64,000 nt of DNA, from assembly GCA_963770915.1 (NCBI GenBank), contig CAVYRG010000002.1, positions 28,203 to 92,202 of the forward strand, given 5' to 3'. The notes below the pieces were generated by a model. The model saw only the letters and a program-made list of their open reading frames with translations. It was not told the origin of the DNA and searched no databases. Each line of letters begins with the position of its first letter. Within the stretch, counting starts at the first letter, position 1. Shown piece after piece: positions 29,813 through 39,246 of the stretch. A program made the translations under genes and the position numbers. This DNA comes from an uncultured Acidobacteriaceae bacterium. GTDB taxonomy: Bacteria > Acidobacteriota > Terriglobia > Terriglobales > Acidobacteriaceae.

Positions 29813-31357
29813 TTAGTCGGTTGGATGCAAAACGCGGAACGTATTGCCTCCATTCGACCACACCAGCAGCAAAGCATCCTGACCGCTGGCTATGTCGGTC
29901 AGGGCGCGCTGTGCCGCCTCCGCCGAATCGACGGGATGGCGATCCACCTGAATGATTACGTCGCCGCTCTGCAATCCCGCGTTGTCAGCGGAACTGCCGG
30001 GCGTGACGCTGGCAATCAGGACACCCTGCACGTTGCTGGGAACCTGCATTTGCTGGCGAAGATCGGGCGTCAGGTCTTGCAAGCCCAGCCCCCAGTGCGC
30101 CTTACCGTGCTCACTGCCGGAGCTGGCGCCAGCCGTCGCTCCGTGATGATTCATATCTTCCAGAGTGACCGGCACGGTGATTTCCTTGCCATCGCGGAGC
30201 ACACCCAGAGTGATTTTGGTTCCCGGCTCTTTTTCGCCGACGGCGACCTGCAGTTGTCCCGCATCCTCAACTTTCTGTCCGTCGATTTCGCTGACCACGT
30301 CTCCGATGCGGAGGCCGGCTTGCGCTCCAGGCGAGTCCGGCTCAACTTGCGTGAGCACAGCCCCTGCCGCGGTCGTCATGTGGAAGAATCGAGCGTTCTC
30401 GGGGGTCACATCCGTGATGCCGACACCAATGTAGCCGTGGTCCACTTTGCCGTACTTGATCAGACGGGCCACGATCGGCTCTGCGATCTTGACCGGAATG
30501 GCAAACCCCATGCCCGAGAACGTGCCGGAGGGAGAAACCAGGAAGGTATTGATCCCGATGATCTGCCCGCGCGCATCCACGAGCGGCCCGCCGGAGTTTC
30601 CGGGATTGATGGCGGCGTCGGTCTGAATGAACTCTCCCGGCTTGCGCGGGTCCGAGGAGTCAGGGTTCGGACGATTCACGGCACTCACGATTCCGCGCGT
30701 GACGGTGAAACGAAATCCGTAAGGATTTCCGAACGCCAGGACGGTCTCGCCGGGGCGCACATCGGCAGAGTCGCCCCAGGGGACGCTGGGAAGGTTCGAG
30801 TTCTCCACTTTGATCACAGCCAGATCGGTAAGAGGATCGGTGCCGACAAGCTTCGCCTTAAACACCCGCCGATCGCTGGTCGTGACCTGGATATCGACCG
30901 CTCCTTCGACTACGTGATTATTGGTGACGATGTAGCCGTCCGGCGAAATCACCACACCGCTGCCCAAGCCATGCTCGATTTGCGGCTGGCGGCGCATCTG
31001 CTGCCCGAAAAACTGCCCGAACGGGTTGTTCTGGCCGAAGAATTGCTGCATCTGGGGAGGTAATTGATCGTCAGCTTGCGCTTTACTCTTGGAGGTTACC
31101 GTGACATTGACGACCGCCGGGGTTACGCGGGCGGCCAGGGTTTCCATCGCGTGGTCGAGAGAGAGCAAGGCGCCGACGCTGTCCGCACTAAGCGGGGCGT
31201 CGGCGGCTGCGGGTTCGTTTTCGGCGCGGGCCGCAGTCGGCCGGATGCAATCGTAGGTAGCTAAGCCGGCCACAACCGCCAGCGCCAACGATGGCGCAAT
31301 CAGCCAGCGCGAGAGTTTATTGGAGAAGAATTTCTGCGTCCACATCTTCAGTTTCAT
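29813..31357 (-). CDS. htrA: Do/HtrA-family periplasmic serine endoprotease with two PDZ domains
   Basis: Catalytic motifs TNNHVV, DLAVIKV and GNSGGPL, plus two PDZ-like regions. ATG 31357 has GGAAAGGA 8 nt upstream (ATG 31366 is an alternative). The track ORF upstream part overlaps the preceding gene and was rejected. Confidence 0.92.
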   Translation of the reverse strand: MKLKMWTQKFFSNKLSRWLIAPSLALAVVAGLATYDCIRPTAARAENEPAAADAPLSADSVGALLSLDHAMETLAARVTPAVVNVTVTSKSKAQADDQLPPQMQQFFGQNNPFGQFFGQQMRRQPQIEHGLGSGVVISPDGYIVTNNHVVEGAVDIQVTTSDRRVFKAKLVGTDPLTDLAVIKVENSNLPSVPWGDSADVRPGETVLAFGNPYGFRFTVTRGIVSAVNRPNPDSSDPRKPGEFIQTDAAINPGNSGGPLVDARGQIIGINTFLVSPSGTFSGMGFAIPVKIAEPIVARLIKYGKVDHGYIGVGITDVTPENARFFHMTTAAGAVLTQVEPDSPGAQAGLRIGDVVSEIDGQKVEDAGQLQVAVGEKEPGTKITLGVLRDGKEITVPVTLEDMNHHGATAGASSGSEHGKAHWGLGLQDLTPDLRQQMQVPSNVQGVLIASVTPGSSADNAGLQSGDVIIQVDRHPVDSAEAAQRALTDIASGQDALLLVWSNGGNTFRVLHPTD

Positions 31358-31384
31358 TTGTCCCATCCTTTCCGTAAGTCGTAC

Positions 31385-31400
31385 AACTAAGTAATTAGTT
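31385..31400. promoter_or_regulatory. candidate BlaI-type operator AACTAA-GTAA-TTAGTT upstream of htrA
   Basis: Perfect 6-bp inverted half-sites spaced by 4 nt, the same half-sites as at 33244-33259. Located between the sensor stop (31435) and the htrA start. Confidence 0.5.
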
Positions 31401-31434
31401 AATGTTGGCCAAAAAAAATTTCCCGGCGCCCTCC

Positions 31435-32817
31435 CTAAATCGCCTTGTGTCCGCCTTCTTTCTCGGTCGGATTGTTGGCGAAGCGCAGCAGCGTAATCCG
31501 CCACACGCGAACCTGGTAAACCACCGGTGTTGGCTCGCCGTCCTGCCGTCCTTCCACGAACATGAGGAAAGTTTCACTTGCCACGAAGCGAGCCTGGCCG
31601 GCGGCGTTTATCCGCAAGCTCGCCGAGCGTTTCATGGTCTCTGGGGCAAGGGCCGCGCGGCCATTGTTTGACAGCGGCAGTTTCACGGCGGCCGGAAGGT
31701 TTAGCGCTTCTGGCTGCCTCACTTCCGCCGGCACAGGCGTTCGCTTTGCCGGTGGAAAGTATGCAGCGTTGACAACCGGAATCGGCCGAGCGATCGCAGT
31801 GCTTGCCAGTTCCGGCAAAGAACTGGGAGCATCGCTCTTGAACGCTACAAGTCTTGGTCCCTGAACGACGCATACGGCACACGTTGCCGCGAAACCGGCA
31901 ACCAGGACCACCGCCGGCCGCCACACACGGGTTGTTGCCGCGGGGCGGTTCCCATCGAGGATGCGTGCTACCCGCAACGTGGTCTGCCGCAAGCGGCTGA
32001 CTGCTGCCTGTGCTAGAGCAGCACGGCGGCGCATAAAGTTTTTCTCGGCAAGTCGGGCCAAACATTGCGCGTAGGCGTGGGGCTGCTCGGTTTCTTTGAG
32101 GACCGCGTCGTCGCAGGCCATTTCACGCTCGAGCGACATTCTTCGCTCAATCCACCAAACCGCGGGATGGAAAAACAGAAAGGCCTTAACGATCTTCTGG
32201 GCGAGATTCGTCCAATCGTCCCAACGCTGCAGGTGGGCTATCTCGTGCAACAGAACCTGCTGCAGCTCTGCGGCCGAAAGATCGTGCATCAGGTCGCCCG
32301 GGATCACTACCGCCGGCTTCGCGAAGCCGATGGCGACCGGCGCATGCACTCGGTCGGAAATGCAGAGGGCAACGGGCCGGCCTCGCCGGGACTGACCTAG
32401 GGTTTCTCGCAGCAGCGGGTCCAAACGTGACACATCGACTGGCACGCAACTGCGACGGAGGCGGAACAGTTGCCACAGGCCCGCTCCCACCCGCAGGAGG
32501 GCCAAAGCAGCAATGGCCACCCACACGCCGAAAACGATCAGGGCCCACGACTGCGGCAGAGTTATCGCAGCCTGGCTTGGCGCAGTTCCTGCGAGCGCAT
32601 TTCCGTGCCTCCAACTTATACCCACAGACAAAGGCACCGCGGCAATCGCCAACAACGCCGAGAACCACACGGCGAATCGCGTGCCCGCATTGGCTCGCCG
32701 AACCACTTGCAACAAAAGCGCTGCGAACGCCGTGATTACCATGCCGCCGAGCAGACAATACGCGATCCGCTCGGCTGAAGCCTGTGCAATCGTTGTGAGA
32801 TCAAGTGTGCCGATCAT
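31435..32817 (-). CDS. M56-family (BlaR1/MecR1-like) membrane metalloprotease sensor, without a penicillin-binding domain
   Basis: HEIAHLQRWD zinc motif and multiple TM segments. 4-nt overlap with the upstream BlaI-like gene. No SxxK motif in the C-terminal roughly 170 aa. Confidence 0.85.
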   Translation of the reverse strand: MIGTLDLTTIAQASAERIAYCLLGGMVITAFAALLLQVVRRANAGTRFAVWFSALLAIAAVPLSVGISWRHGNALAGTAPSQAAITLPQSWALIVFGVWVAIAALALLRVGAGLWQLFRLRRSCVPVDVSRLDPLLRETLGQSRRGRPVALCISDRVHAPVAIGFAKPAVVIPGDLMHDLSAAELQQVLLHEIAHLQRWDDWTNLAQKIVKAFLFFHPAVWWIERRMSLEREMACDDAVLKETEQPHAYAQCLARLAEKNFMRRRAALAQAAVSRLRQTTLRVARILDGNRPAATTRVWRPAVVLVAGFAATCAVCVVQGPRLVAFKSDAPSSLPELASTAIARPIPVVNAAYFPPAKRTPVPAEVRQPEALNLPAAVKLPLSNNGRAALAPETMKRSASLRINAAGQARFVASETFLMFVEGRQDGEPTPVVYQVRVWRITLLRFANNPTEKEGGHKAI

Positions 32818-33203
32818 GCCCGAGTGCCCTGCCCCCTTGCCAGCAATTGGCGCAGGCGCTGCAATTCTTCCGCGTCCAGGCCTTTGTCTTCCAAAATATT
32901 CAACACCAGCAATTCATGGGAGTTGCCAAAGAACCGGCTCAGCAGGTGCCGGATTTCAAAGCGGGTGGCAGCTTTCTGATCGACTGTCGCGACGTAGACG
33001 TGGGCGCGACCGTCTTTGCTGTGTTTCACATATCCCTTTTTCTCAAGGATGCGAATCGTGGTAAGCACCGAGTTGTAAGCGAGGGCAGGCTTCTCGGTCA
33101 GAGCTTGCTGGATTTCATGCACCGTAGCGGCACCTTGGGTCCAGAGCACGTTCATCAGCCGCAGTTCGGCTTCCGTCAGGGTCACGGATCGATTACGCGG
33201 CAA
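32814..33203 (-). CDS. BlaI/MecI/CopY-family transcriptional repressor
   Basis: 129 aa. LTEAELRLMNVLW, winged-helix core, C-terminal dimerisation helix. TTG start with GAGGTGG 6 nt upstream. Confidence 0.88.
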   Translation of the reverse strand: MPRNRSVTLTEAELRLMNVLWTQGAATVHEIQQALTEKPALAYNSVLTTIRILEKKGYVKHSKDGRAHVYVATVDQKAATRFEIRHLLSRFFGNSHELLVLNILEDKGLDAEELQRLRQLLARGQGTRA

Positions 33204-33243
33204 AAGAGGCCACCTCGACTGGTTGAAGTTTACGCAACATGAT

Positions 33244-33259
33244 AACTAATTCATTAGTT
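33244..33259. promoter_or_regulatory. candidate BlaI-type operator AACTAA-TTCA-TTAGTT upstream of the blaI-like gene
   Basis: Perfect 6-bp inverted half-sites, 41 nt upstream of the TTG start. On the minus strand it is immediately followed by a TATCAT -10-like hexamer. Confidence 0.5.
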
Positions 33260-33419
33260 GCACGCCAGCGGCCTCGGGTTGCCCGAGTGGGCGAAAGACT
33301 CGCGTGATCGGCATTCCTGTTCTTCGCAATTAGCGCGTTTCGCGATTTTCTCCTTACATATGTTGAATTTGTGCAAAAATGCAACGCGGCTGTCGACGTA
33401 ACGCTGCATAAGGAGACGA

Positions 33420-34676
33420 GTGGAAATTTATCGCTGGTTGCCGCCTGAAGGGGTCAAGATTCTGATCGTGCTCTTCCTGTCGTTCCTCATAGGATTGGAG
33501 CGTGAGGAACACAAGGCCGCGGGCGGCTCTTATGGCTTCGGTGGCGTGCGCACGTTTCCCCTCATCGGCCTGATCGGCTATTCCATTGCGCTACTCTCCG
33601 GCGCACAACTGTTTCCCGTCACTTTGGGATTCATGGTGATTGGCGGCTTTCTCTCCCTTTCCTATTGGCATAAGCTGTCGCGTTCCGACGCCGGCGTCAC
33701 CACGGAAATGTCGGGCTTGGCAACTTACCTGGTCGGCGCGCTGGTTTACTACGAGCACTTCTGGATCGCGGCTACGCTCTGCGTGGCAAGTTTGCTGCTT
33801 TTGGAACTCAAGGAAAAACTTGAGAAGCTGGCCACTTGGGTTGCGCCGGGGGAAGTTCTCACCTTTGCCAAGTTCCTGTTGCTCACGGCGGTGATTCTGC
33901 CCATCCTGCCGAACCAGCAATTCGGGCCGTTTCATATCAATCCCTTCAAGACGTGGCTCGTAGTGGTAGCGGTGAGCACCATTTCTTACGGCAGCTACGT
34001 TCTGCAAAAAATGACCAAGGAGCGCGGCGGAGTGGTGCTGGCGGCGCTGCTTGGCGGCGCCTACTCTTCGACGGCCGCCACGTTGGTGGTGGCGAGGCGC
34101 GCAAAGGAGGAGCAGCGGGCGCATCTTTTTTCGGGCGGAATCCTGATCGCTTCGGGCGTGATGTATGTTCGCCTGGTTGTGCTGCTGGCGCTTTTCAGTC
34201 GGCAGCTTCTATCGCTGCTGGCGCTTCCCTTTCTAGCGCTGGCCGGACTGGCGATCGCGGGCGGCTGGCTTTGGTCGCGGCGTCCGGATGCCGACACTTC
34301 GCCGCTCAAGCGGAAGTTTGACCCAGGAAATCCCCTCGAACTGATGACCGCCATTTCCTTCGCCCTGCTGTTCCTGGCCATGCTGGTAGCCACTCAGTTG
34401 GCGGTTACGCATCTAGGGAAAGCCGGCGTGAACACGCTGGCCGCAATCATGGGCGTCAGTGATGTGGACCCGTTCATTTTGGGAATGACGCAAGCGGCGG
34501 GTTCGATCACGCCGGTTCGGCTGGCTGCGGGGGCCATTCTGATCGCGGCGTCGAGCAACAATCTGGTAAAGGGCATTTACGCCTTCAGCCTGGCCGACCG
34601 CAAAACCGGAAGGCTGAGCCTTGCCCTCTTGGCTGGCTTGGCAGCACTGGGACTTATCCCACTGCTCTGGCTCTGA
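33420..34676 (+). CDS. MgtC/SapB-family plus DUF4010-type integral membrane protein
   Basis: 418 aa, about 10 TM segments. N-terminal LFLSFLIGLEREEHK is typical of the MgtC domain. Confidence 0.78.
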   Translation: MEIYRWLPPEGVKILIVLFLSFLIGLEREEHKAAGGSYGFGGVRTFPLIGLIGYSIALLSGAQLFPVTLGFMVIGGFLSLSYWHKLSRSDAGVTTEMSGLATYLVGALVYYEHFWIAATLCVASLLLLELKEKLEKLATWVAPGEVLTFAKFLLLTAVILPILPNQQFGPFHINPFKTWLVVVAVSTISYGSYVLQKMTKERGGVVLAALLGGAYSSTAATLVVARRAKEEQRAHLFSGGILIASGVMYVRLVVLLALFSRQLLSLLALPFLALAGLAIAGGWLWSRRPDADTSPLKRKFDPGNPLELMTAISFALLFLAMLVATQLAVTHLGKAGVNTLAAIMGVSDVDPFILGMTQAAGSITPVRLAAGAILIAASSNNLVKGIYAFSLADRKTGRLSLALLAGLAALGLIPLLWL

Positions 34677-34786
34677 GACTGAGCCAGCTAAGCTAGGTTT
34701 GGTCTTCCGGATCCGGCTTGGTGCTTCCTGCGTCAAATCGGCTGGCCCGCTGCGCGGCAAAGCACGGGACAGCCGGGAAGCCCATC

Positions 34787-35764
34787 CTATTTGCTGTGCT
34801 CTTTTAAGATTTCCTCCACACGTGACTTCGGCACCGACAGGTGATCTTCGTTCTCCTTCAGCCACTGATAGAAGTCCTGCTCGATTGGGTCGGTCCAGCG
34901 GGCGTCGATCTGTCCCGCGGTGTACTTCCCTTCCTCCAGCCGCTGATGTCCGAAGAGATCGCGAAGGTGCGTTTCTTCGGAATACTTGACCACCGCTTCC
35001 GCCAGTTGGGGAGGAATGAAAATCACGCCGCCGTTGCGGCCCAGGACTACGTCGCCAGGCATCGCCATGGCATGGCCGATTCTGGTCGGCGCGTTGATGC
35101 TGACCATGGTTGAGTTGAGCAGCCTGCCGGAGCGCAGCGATCCATAGTGGTGCGACGGGTCGTAATAGCGGACGAAGGAGACGAAGTTCGGCAGTTCGTC
35201 CAGTCCGTTAATGTCGCGCACGGCGCCGTCGTAAACGATGCCGTTGCCCGACTTGGCATAAATCGCATTGCCCACGTTATCGCCGATGGAGGGTCCGTCG
35301 ACTTTCAGCCCGAAGTGATCGCAGACGTAGACGTCGCGTTTCTGCAGCATGTCCACCGGCCAGGCGTTCATGGCGCCGATGCGGCCCTTTTTTGCGCCCT
35401 CATCCTCTTCGATCAGCTTCTGCACGTCCGGACGGCCGGGCATCCAGGTCGCCGTGAGAGCGCGACCGACCAGTACTTTATCGGGATGAATGGAAAGCCA
35501 TCCATCCTCGTATTGGTGCATGAAGCCATGCTGCTGCAGAACAGCCCAGGCTTCTTCGAGCGTCACGGTCTTCATGCGATCGAGAATGTCGTCGGGCACT
35601 TTCGGCCGTCCATCCGGGAACCGCTCTCCTTGCCACTCGGGCGTGTATTTGATGACATCGTCTGGCGTGAAGAAACCCTGCTGCGCGCGGACTAGCGGCG
35701 CTGTCGCCGCGGCAGCAACCAGGCAAAGCACGGCCAGCATCGTTCCATTGCGTTTTGTTCTCAT
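34787..35764 (-). CDS. RraA-fold (HMG/CHA-aldolase-like) protein with Sec signal peptide and C-terminal extension
   Basis: ATG 35764 preceded by GGAGAGGAAG. Signal peptide MRTKRNGTMLAVLCLVAAAATAPLVRAQQ. RraA-like core GDNVGNAIYAKSGNGIVYDGAVRD. Confidence 0.7.
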   Translation of the reverse strand: MRTKRNGTMLAVLCLVAAAATAPLVRAQQGFFTPDDVIKYTPEWQGERFPDGRPKVPDDILDRMKTVTLEEAWAVLQQHGFMHQYEDGWLSIHPDKVLVGRALTATWMPGRPDVQKLIEEDEGAKKGRIGAMNAWPVDMLQKRDVYVCDHFGLKVDGPSIGDNVGNAIYAKSGNGIVYDGAVRDINGLDELPNFVSFVRYYDPSHHYGSLRSGRLLNSTMVSINAPTRIGHAMAMPGDVVLGRNGGVIFIPPQLAEAVVKYSEETHLRDLFGHQRLEEGKYTAGQIDARWTDPIEQDFYQWLKENEDHLSVPKSRVEEILKEHSK

Positions 35765-35877
35765 CTTCCTCTCCAATCTCGGCGTCTCCAATTTCGGTTG
35801 GGCATTCACGCCCCCCTGCGTTCCCATTACTGCAGACAGGAACACACAGGGGAGCGTTGAGAATCGACGGCGGCGGG

Positions 35878-37143
35878 TTACGCCGTGGGCGCAAACCAGG
35901 TTGTTCCCGGTAGCTGCGCTTTTTTCGCGACATCCTCATCCATCTCCACGCCGATACCCGGCTTGTCGGTGGGCGTGACGTAGCCCTTTATGATGATCTC
36001 GCCTTCCTTGACCCAGTTCTTCCAGTACTCCGGGAAGTTGATCCAGTGCCATTCGCACACCAGGAAATTGGGGAACGTCAGGCAGGCGTGCGCCGTCGCC
36101 ATGACGCCGATGGGCGAAACCACGCAGTGCGGCGCCAGGGGCACGTAGAACGTCTGCGCGAGATTGGCCACTTTGCGCGCTTCCGAAAGCCCGCCAACTT
36201 TTTCGAAGTCCGGCTGGAGAATGTCGACGCCCGCTTTGTCGAGCAGTTCGCGATATCCCCAGCGCATGTACAGATTTTCGCCGCAAGCGATAGGCGTTTC
36301 GGTCGAGTGCCGAATATCCACCATGGCATCGATGTCTTCCGCAGGCACGGGCTCTTCCAGCCAGAGCAAGCGAAAAGGTTCTAGCTCCTTCGCGACGCGC
36401 TTACCAGTGCCTGCGTCGTAGCGTCCGTGCATATCGCAAGCCAACTCCATTTCCGGGGGAATCGTTTCGCGCACGTGCTTCACCCAACTCACCATGCGAT
36501 CGATCTCGCCATTGCTGGCGGTCCAATTCACGCGGTCGAAACGGCGCGGATCATTGAACATATCGAGATCGATCTTCATGGCGGTGAAGCCCTGCTCTTT
36601 GATCCAGGGCAGTTTGCGGTCGGACTCCGGCCCTAACGGATCTTCCATATCCGAGTCGCAATAAATTCGGACTTTGTCGCGAAATTTTCCGCCCAGCAAC
36701 TGATAGACGGGCAATTCCAGAGCTTTCCCGGCCAAGTCCCACAGCGCGATTTCGATGCCGGACATCGCCGTCACATATTGCCCACCCTGCGCGCCGGCGA
36801 AAATTCCGGTGACGCGAATTCTTTCCCATAGCGCGTCCACGTTCAGAGGATCTTGACCCACGAGCATGCGGTGGAACATGCGATGCACCAGGGCGTCCGT
36901 TCCGATGGCAGCGTCTGTGGACTCGCCTTGTCCGTAGAGACCTTGGTCGGTGTAAATCCGTATGTGAGTTTGCAGGCCGTGCACACGCACCTGCGCCGTA
37001 CGAACGTCAGTGATTTTCAGTTTGGGACGTTGATGAGGTGTGCTTGCATTCTGCACGGCCTGCGCCAGTGCGGGAAGTGCGAAAGTTCCAGCGATTGGCA
37101 AAGCAGCGCCCTTGAGCATCGCCCTGCGAGTAAGCGGATTCAT
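35878..37143 (-). CDS. enolase-superfamily (mandelate racemase/acid-sugar dehydratase-like) enzyme with twin-arginine signal
   Basis: ATG 37143 preceded by GGAGG. TRRAMLKGAA...ALAQA Tat-type signal. Candidate metal-ligand motifs KIDLD, LWLEEP and ACGEN. Confidence 0.85.
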   Translation of the reverse strand: MNPLTRRAMLKGAALPIAGTFALPALAQAVQNASTPHQRPKLKITDVRTAQVRVHGLQTHIRIYTDQGLYGQGESTDAAIGTDALVHRMFHRMLVGQDPLNVDALWERIRVTGIFAGAQGGQYVTAMSGIEIALWDLAGKALELPVYQLLGGKFRDKVRIYCDSDMEDPLGPESDRKLPWIKEQGFTAMKIDLDMFNDPRRFDRVNWTASNGEIDRMVSWVKHVRETIPPEMELACDMHGRYDAGTGKRVAKELEPFRLLWLEEPVPAEDIDAMVDIRHSTETPIACGENLYMRWGYRELLDKAGVDILQPDFEKVGGLSEARKVANLAQTFYVPLAPHCVVSPIGVMATAHACLTFPNFLVCEWHWINFPEYWKNWVKEGEIIIKGYVTPTDKPGIGVEMDEDVAKKAQLPGTTWFAPTA

Positions 37144-37175
37144 AAGTTCCTCCTGTTCTATAGGTCTGAGCCGTC

Positions 37176-37955
37176 CTACAGCCGGCCGAACTGCTTCACG
37201 GCTTGCACAATCGATTTCAGCTTCTCGATGTATCCGTACATGGAATGCTCTTTGACATCCATATCCTCGGCGACCGCCAATACTTCGGCTGCTTTCGCGC
37301 GAGGCACCACAACCACGCCGTCCTGATCCGCCGCCACGAGGTCGCCAGGATTCACCGCAACACCGTCGCATGTGACTGGAATATTGGCCGCCGCAAACCG
37401 GTAGTGACTGACCAGCGTGGAAGGCACGATCCCAAGCGCGAAGACAGGAAACCCGAGCTTTTGCAGATAGCTGACATCGCGAACGCCGCCATCAATTACC
37501 GCGCCGGAAAAGTCCCGCGAGGCCATGGCCGTTCCCATCAGACCACCCATGCCGGCGATGTCCGCGCCGTCGGGTATGACCATGACCCAAACGGAATTCG
37601 GCGCGCCGTGGTCAATGGCTTCGAGCATTCCCTGGATCGCATCCGGATCGTGATTCTCCTCTTTCTTCAACTGCACGGTCAGAGCAAATCCGACGAACCT
37701 GGAGTTGAAGACTGGTCGCATGCGGTGCGACATGTACATGCGTTGGCCCAAAACCTTCTCGACCGCGTCGGAAACAGACGCGACTTCCACGTGGCGGTAG
37801 CCGTCCAGCAGCTCCGCGTCGGTGCTGGCCTGGGGCGGCTTGGAAAACGCCGGATACGCCAGGACGCCAGCCAACAAGCAGGCCAACACAGGCACAGCGG
37901 GCCGTCGCAGCAAGCGCAGAAATTGCCGGCCCATCATCTCCTCCGACGAAGTCAT
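37176..37955 (-). CDS. RraA-fold (HMG/CHA-aldolase-like) protein with signal peptide
   Basis: N-terminus LRLLRRPAVPVLACLLAGVLAYPAFS. RraA-like core GGLMGTAMASRDFSGAVIDGGVRD. SD GGAG. Confidence 0.78.
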   Translation of the reverse strand: MTSSEEMMGRQFLRLLRRPAVPVLACLLAGVLAYPAFSKPPQASTDAELLDGYRHVEVASVSDAVEKVLGQRMYMSHRMRPVFNSRFVGFALTVQLKKEENHDPDAIQGMLEAIDHGAPNSVWVMVIPDGADIAGMGGLMGTAMASRDFSGAVIDGGVRDVSYLQKLGFPVFALGIVPSTLVSHYRFAAANIPVTCDGVAVNPGDLVAADQDGVVVVPRAKAAEVLAVAEDMDVKEHSMYGYIEKLKSIVQAVKQFGRL

Positions 37956-37965
37956 CGCACTCCGC

Positions 37966-39246
37966 TTACGCAGCGGCCATCAGCGGTCGGTCCGGATCGA
38001 CCATCAGCCAGGTGATTGCGCCCACCACACACAATCCCGCCGCCACAAGAAATGACGTTCCCCATCCAAAATGCTCGGCAATGAAGGGGGTCAACGTGGC
38101 GGTCAACGCGCCCGCTAGTTGACAACCCATATTCATGACGCCCGAGACCGATCCCGCGGAATAGCCGCCAATATCACAGCTCACCGACCAGAAGGCGCTT
38201 TGCGAGAGGTACAAGGCTCCCGCACCTCCGGCAAGAACGACGCTGGCCAGCCGTGCATCGTGCGCGTACGGTCCAATCGCAACGAAAAGCGCAGCGACCA
38301 GAGTGACCACACTCGCGGAAACACAACGCCCAATGCGATTGCCATATCGCTTCGTCAGCTGGTCGCTAATCCATCCACCCAACGACGAGCCGATTGCCAT
38401 GGCCGCGAACGGCAACATGGCGTATAGCGCACTCGACTTCAAGTTCAAGCCGCGGACCGAGCTCAGGTACGTGAAAAACCACGTGAAAAAGATGTAGACC
38501 ACATACCCGAAGCAGGCATAGCTGGCGGTGAGAGCCCACATGTTCTTGCTGGTCAAGATGACTTTCCACGGCAGCGACTTGCGCTCGGAGCGTCGGGCCG
38601 CCTGCGGCAAGCCGGCTTCAATGAGGGCAGCCTCTTCCGAGGTCACCCAGGAATGTTGCCTGGGCTCGTCGCGCGCCGTCAGGAACCAGAGGACTCCAAT
38701 CACGACGCCCAGCAACGCACAAATCCAGAACGACCATCGCCACCCGTGATGCACGATGATGTATGCGATCAACGGCGGCGTCAGAGCGGCGCCAAGACCC
38801 ACGCCGGCGAAAATCAACCCGTTGGCAAGGCCGCGCTCTTGCGATGGCACCCACGCCGCGACCAGACGATTGCTTGCGGGATAGACGATTGACTCGCCCA
38901 CCCCCAGAGAGAATCGCACGATTATCAAAAGAAGCAGCGCGCTCGCCACGCCGGCGGGAGTCAGCCCGGTGAGCGCTGTGAAAACCGCCCACCACAACGC
39001 GCCCAGCAGGAGAATCCTTCGCGGCCCGAAGCGATCGGCAAGCCGTCCACTGGGCGCCTGAAAGAAAGCGTACCCCAGGCTCCACGCGCTTAGCACCCAG
39101 CCGAGATGAACATGATCCAGATGGAATTCGCGCTCAATGAACGGGGCGGCTATCGAAATGTTGACTCGATCCAGATAAGAGACGGCGCTGATGACCAACA
39201 TCCAGCCAACCAGCAACCATCGGACTCGGCCCCGGAAAATGTTCAT
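37966..39246 (-). CDS. MFS transporter, anion:cation symporter-like (hexuronate/galactonate type)
   Basis: 426 aa, 12 TM segments. SYLDRVNISIAAP and GRLADRFGPRR motifs. Confidence 0.88.
   Translation of the reverse strand: MNIFRGRVRWLLVGWMLVISAVSYLDRVNISIAAPFIEREFHLDHVHLGWVLSAWSLGYAFFQAPSGRLADRFGPRRILLLGALWWAVFTALTGLTPAGVASALLLLIIVRFSLGVGESIVYPASNRLVAAWVPSQERGLANGLIFAGVGLGAALTPPLIAYIIVHHGWRWSFWICALLGVVIGVLWFLTARDEPRQHSWVTSEEAALIEAGLPQAARRSERKSLPWKVILTSKNMWALTASYACFGYVVYIFFTWFFTYLSSVRGLNLKSSALYAMLPFAAMAIGSSLGGWISDQLTKRYGNRIGRCVSASVVTLVAALFVAIGPYAHDARLASVVLAGGAGALYLSQSAFWSVSCDIGGYSAGSVSGVMNMGCQLAGALTATLTPFIAEHFGWGTSFLVAAGLCVVGAITWLMVDPDRPLMAAA

Noticed and set aside
33204-33419. Mg2+ (M-box) riboswitch upstream of the MgtC-family gene
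   Set aside because: I could not recognise M-box conserved segments in the 216-nt spacer, and the region also has to hold the divergent blaI promoter. It needs a covariance-model search to settle.
37144-37371. N-terminal extensions of several track ORFs (37144-37371, 35765-35845, 24921-25178, 25116-25310, 31358-31504, 5310-5405, 41106-41315, 63289-63435)
   Set aside because: Each extension overlaps a neighbouring gene or repeat and precedes an internal start with a good SD and a signal peptide or conserved N-terminus.
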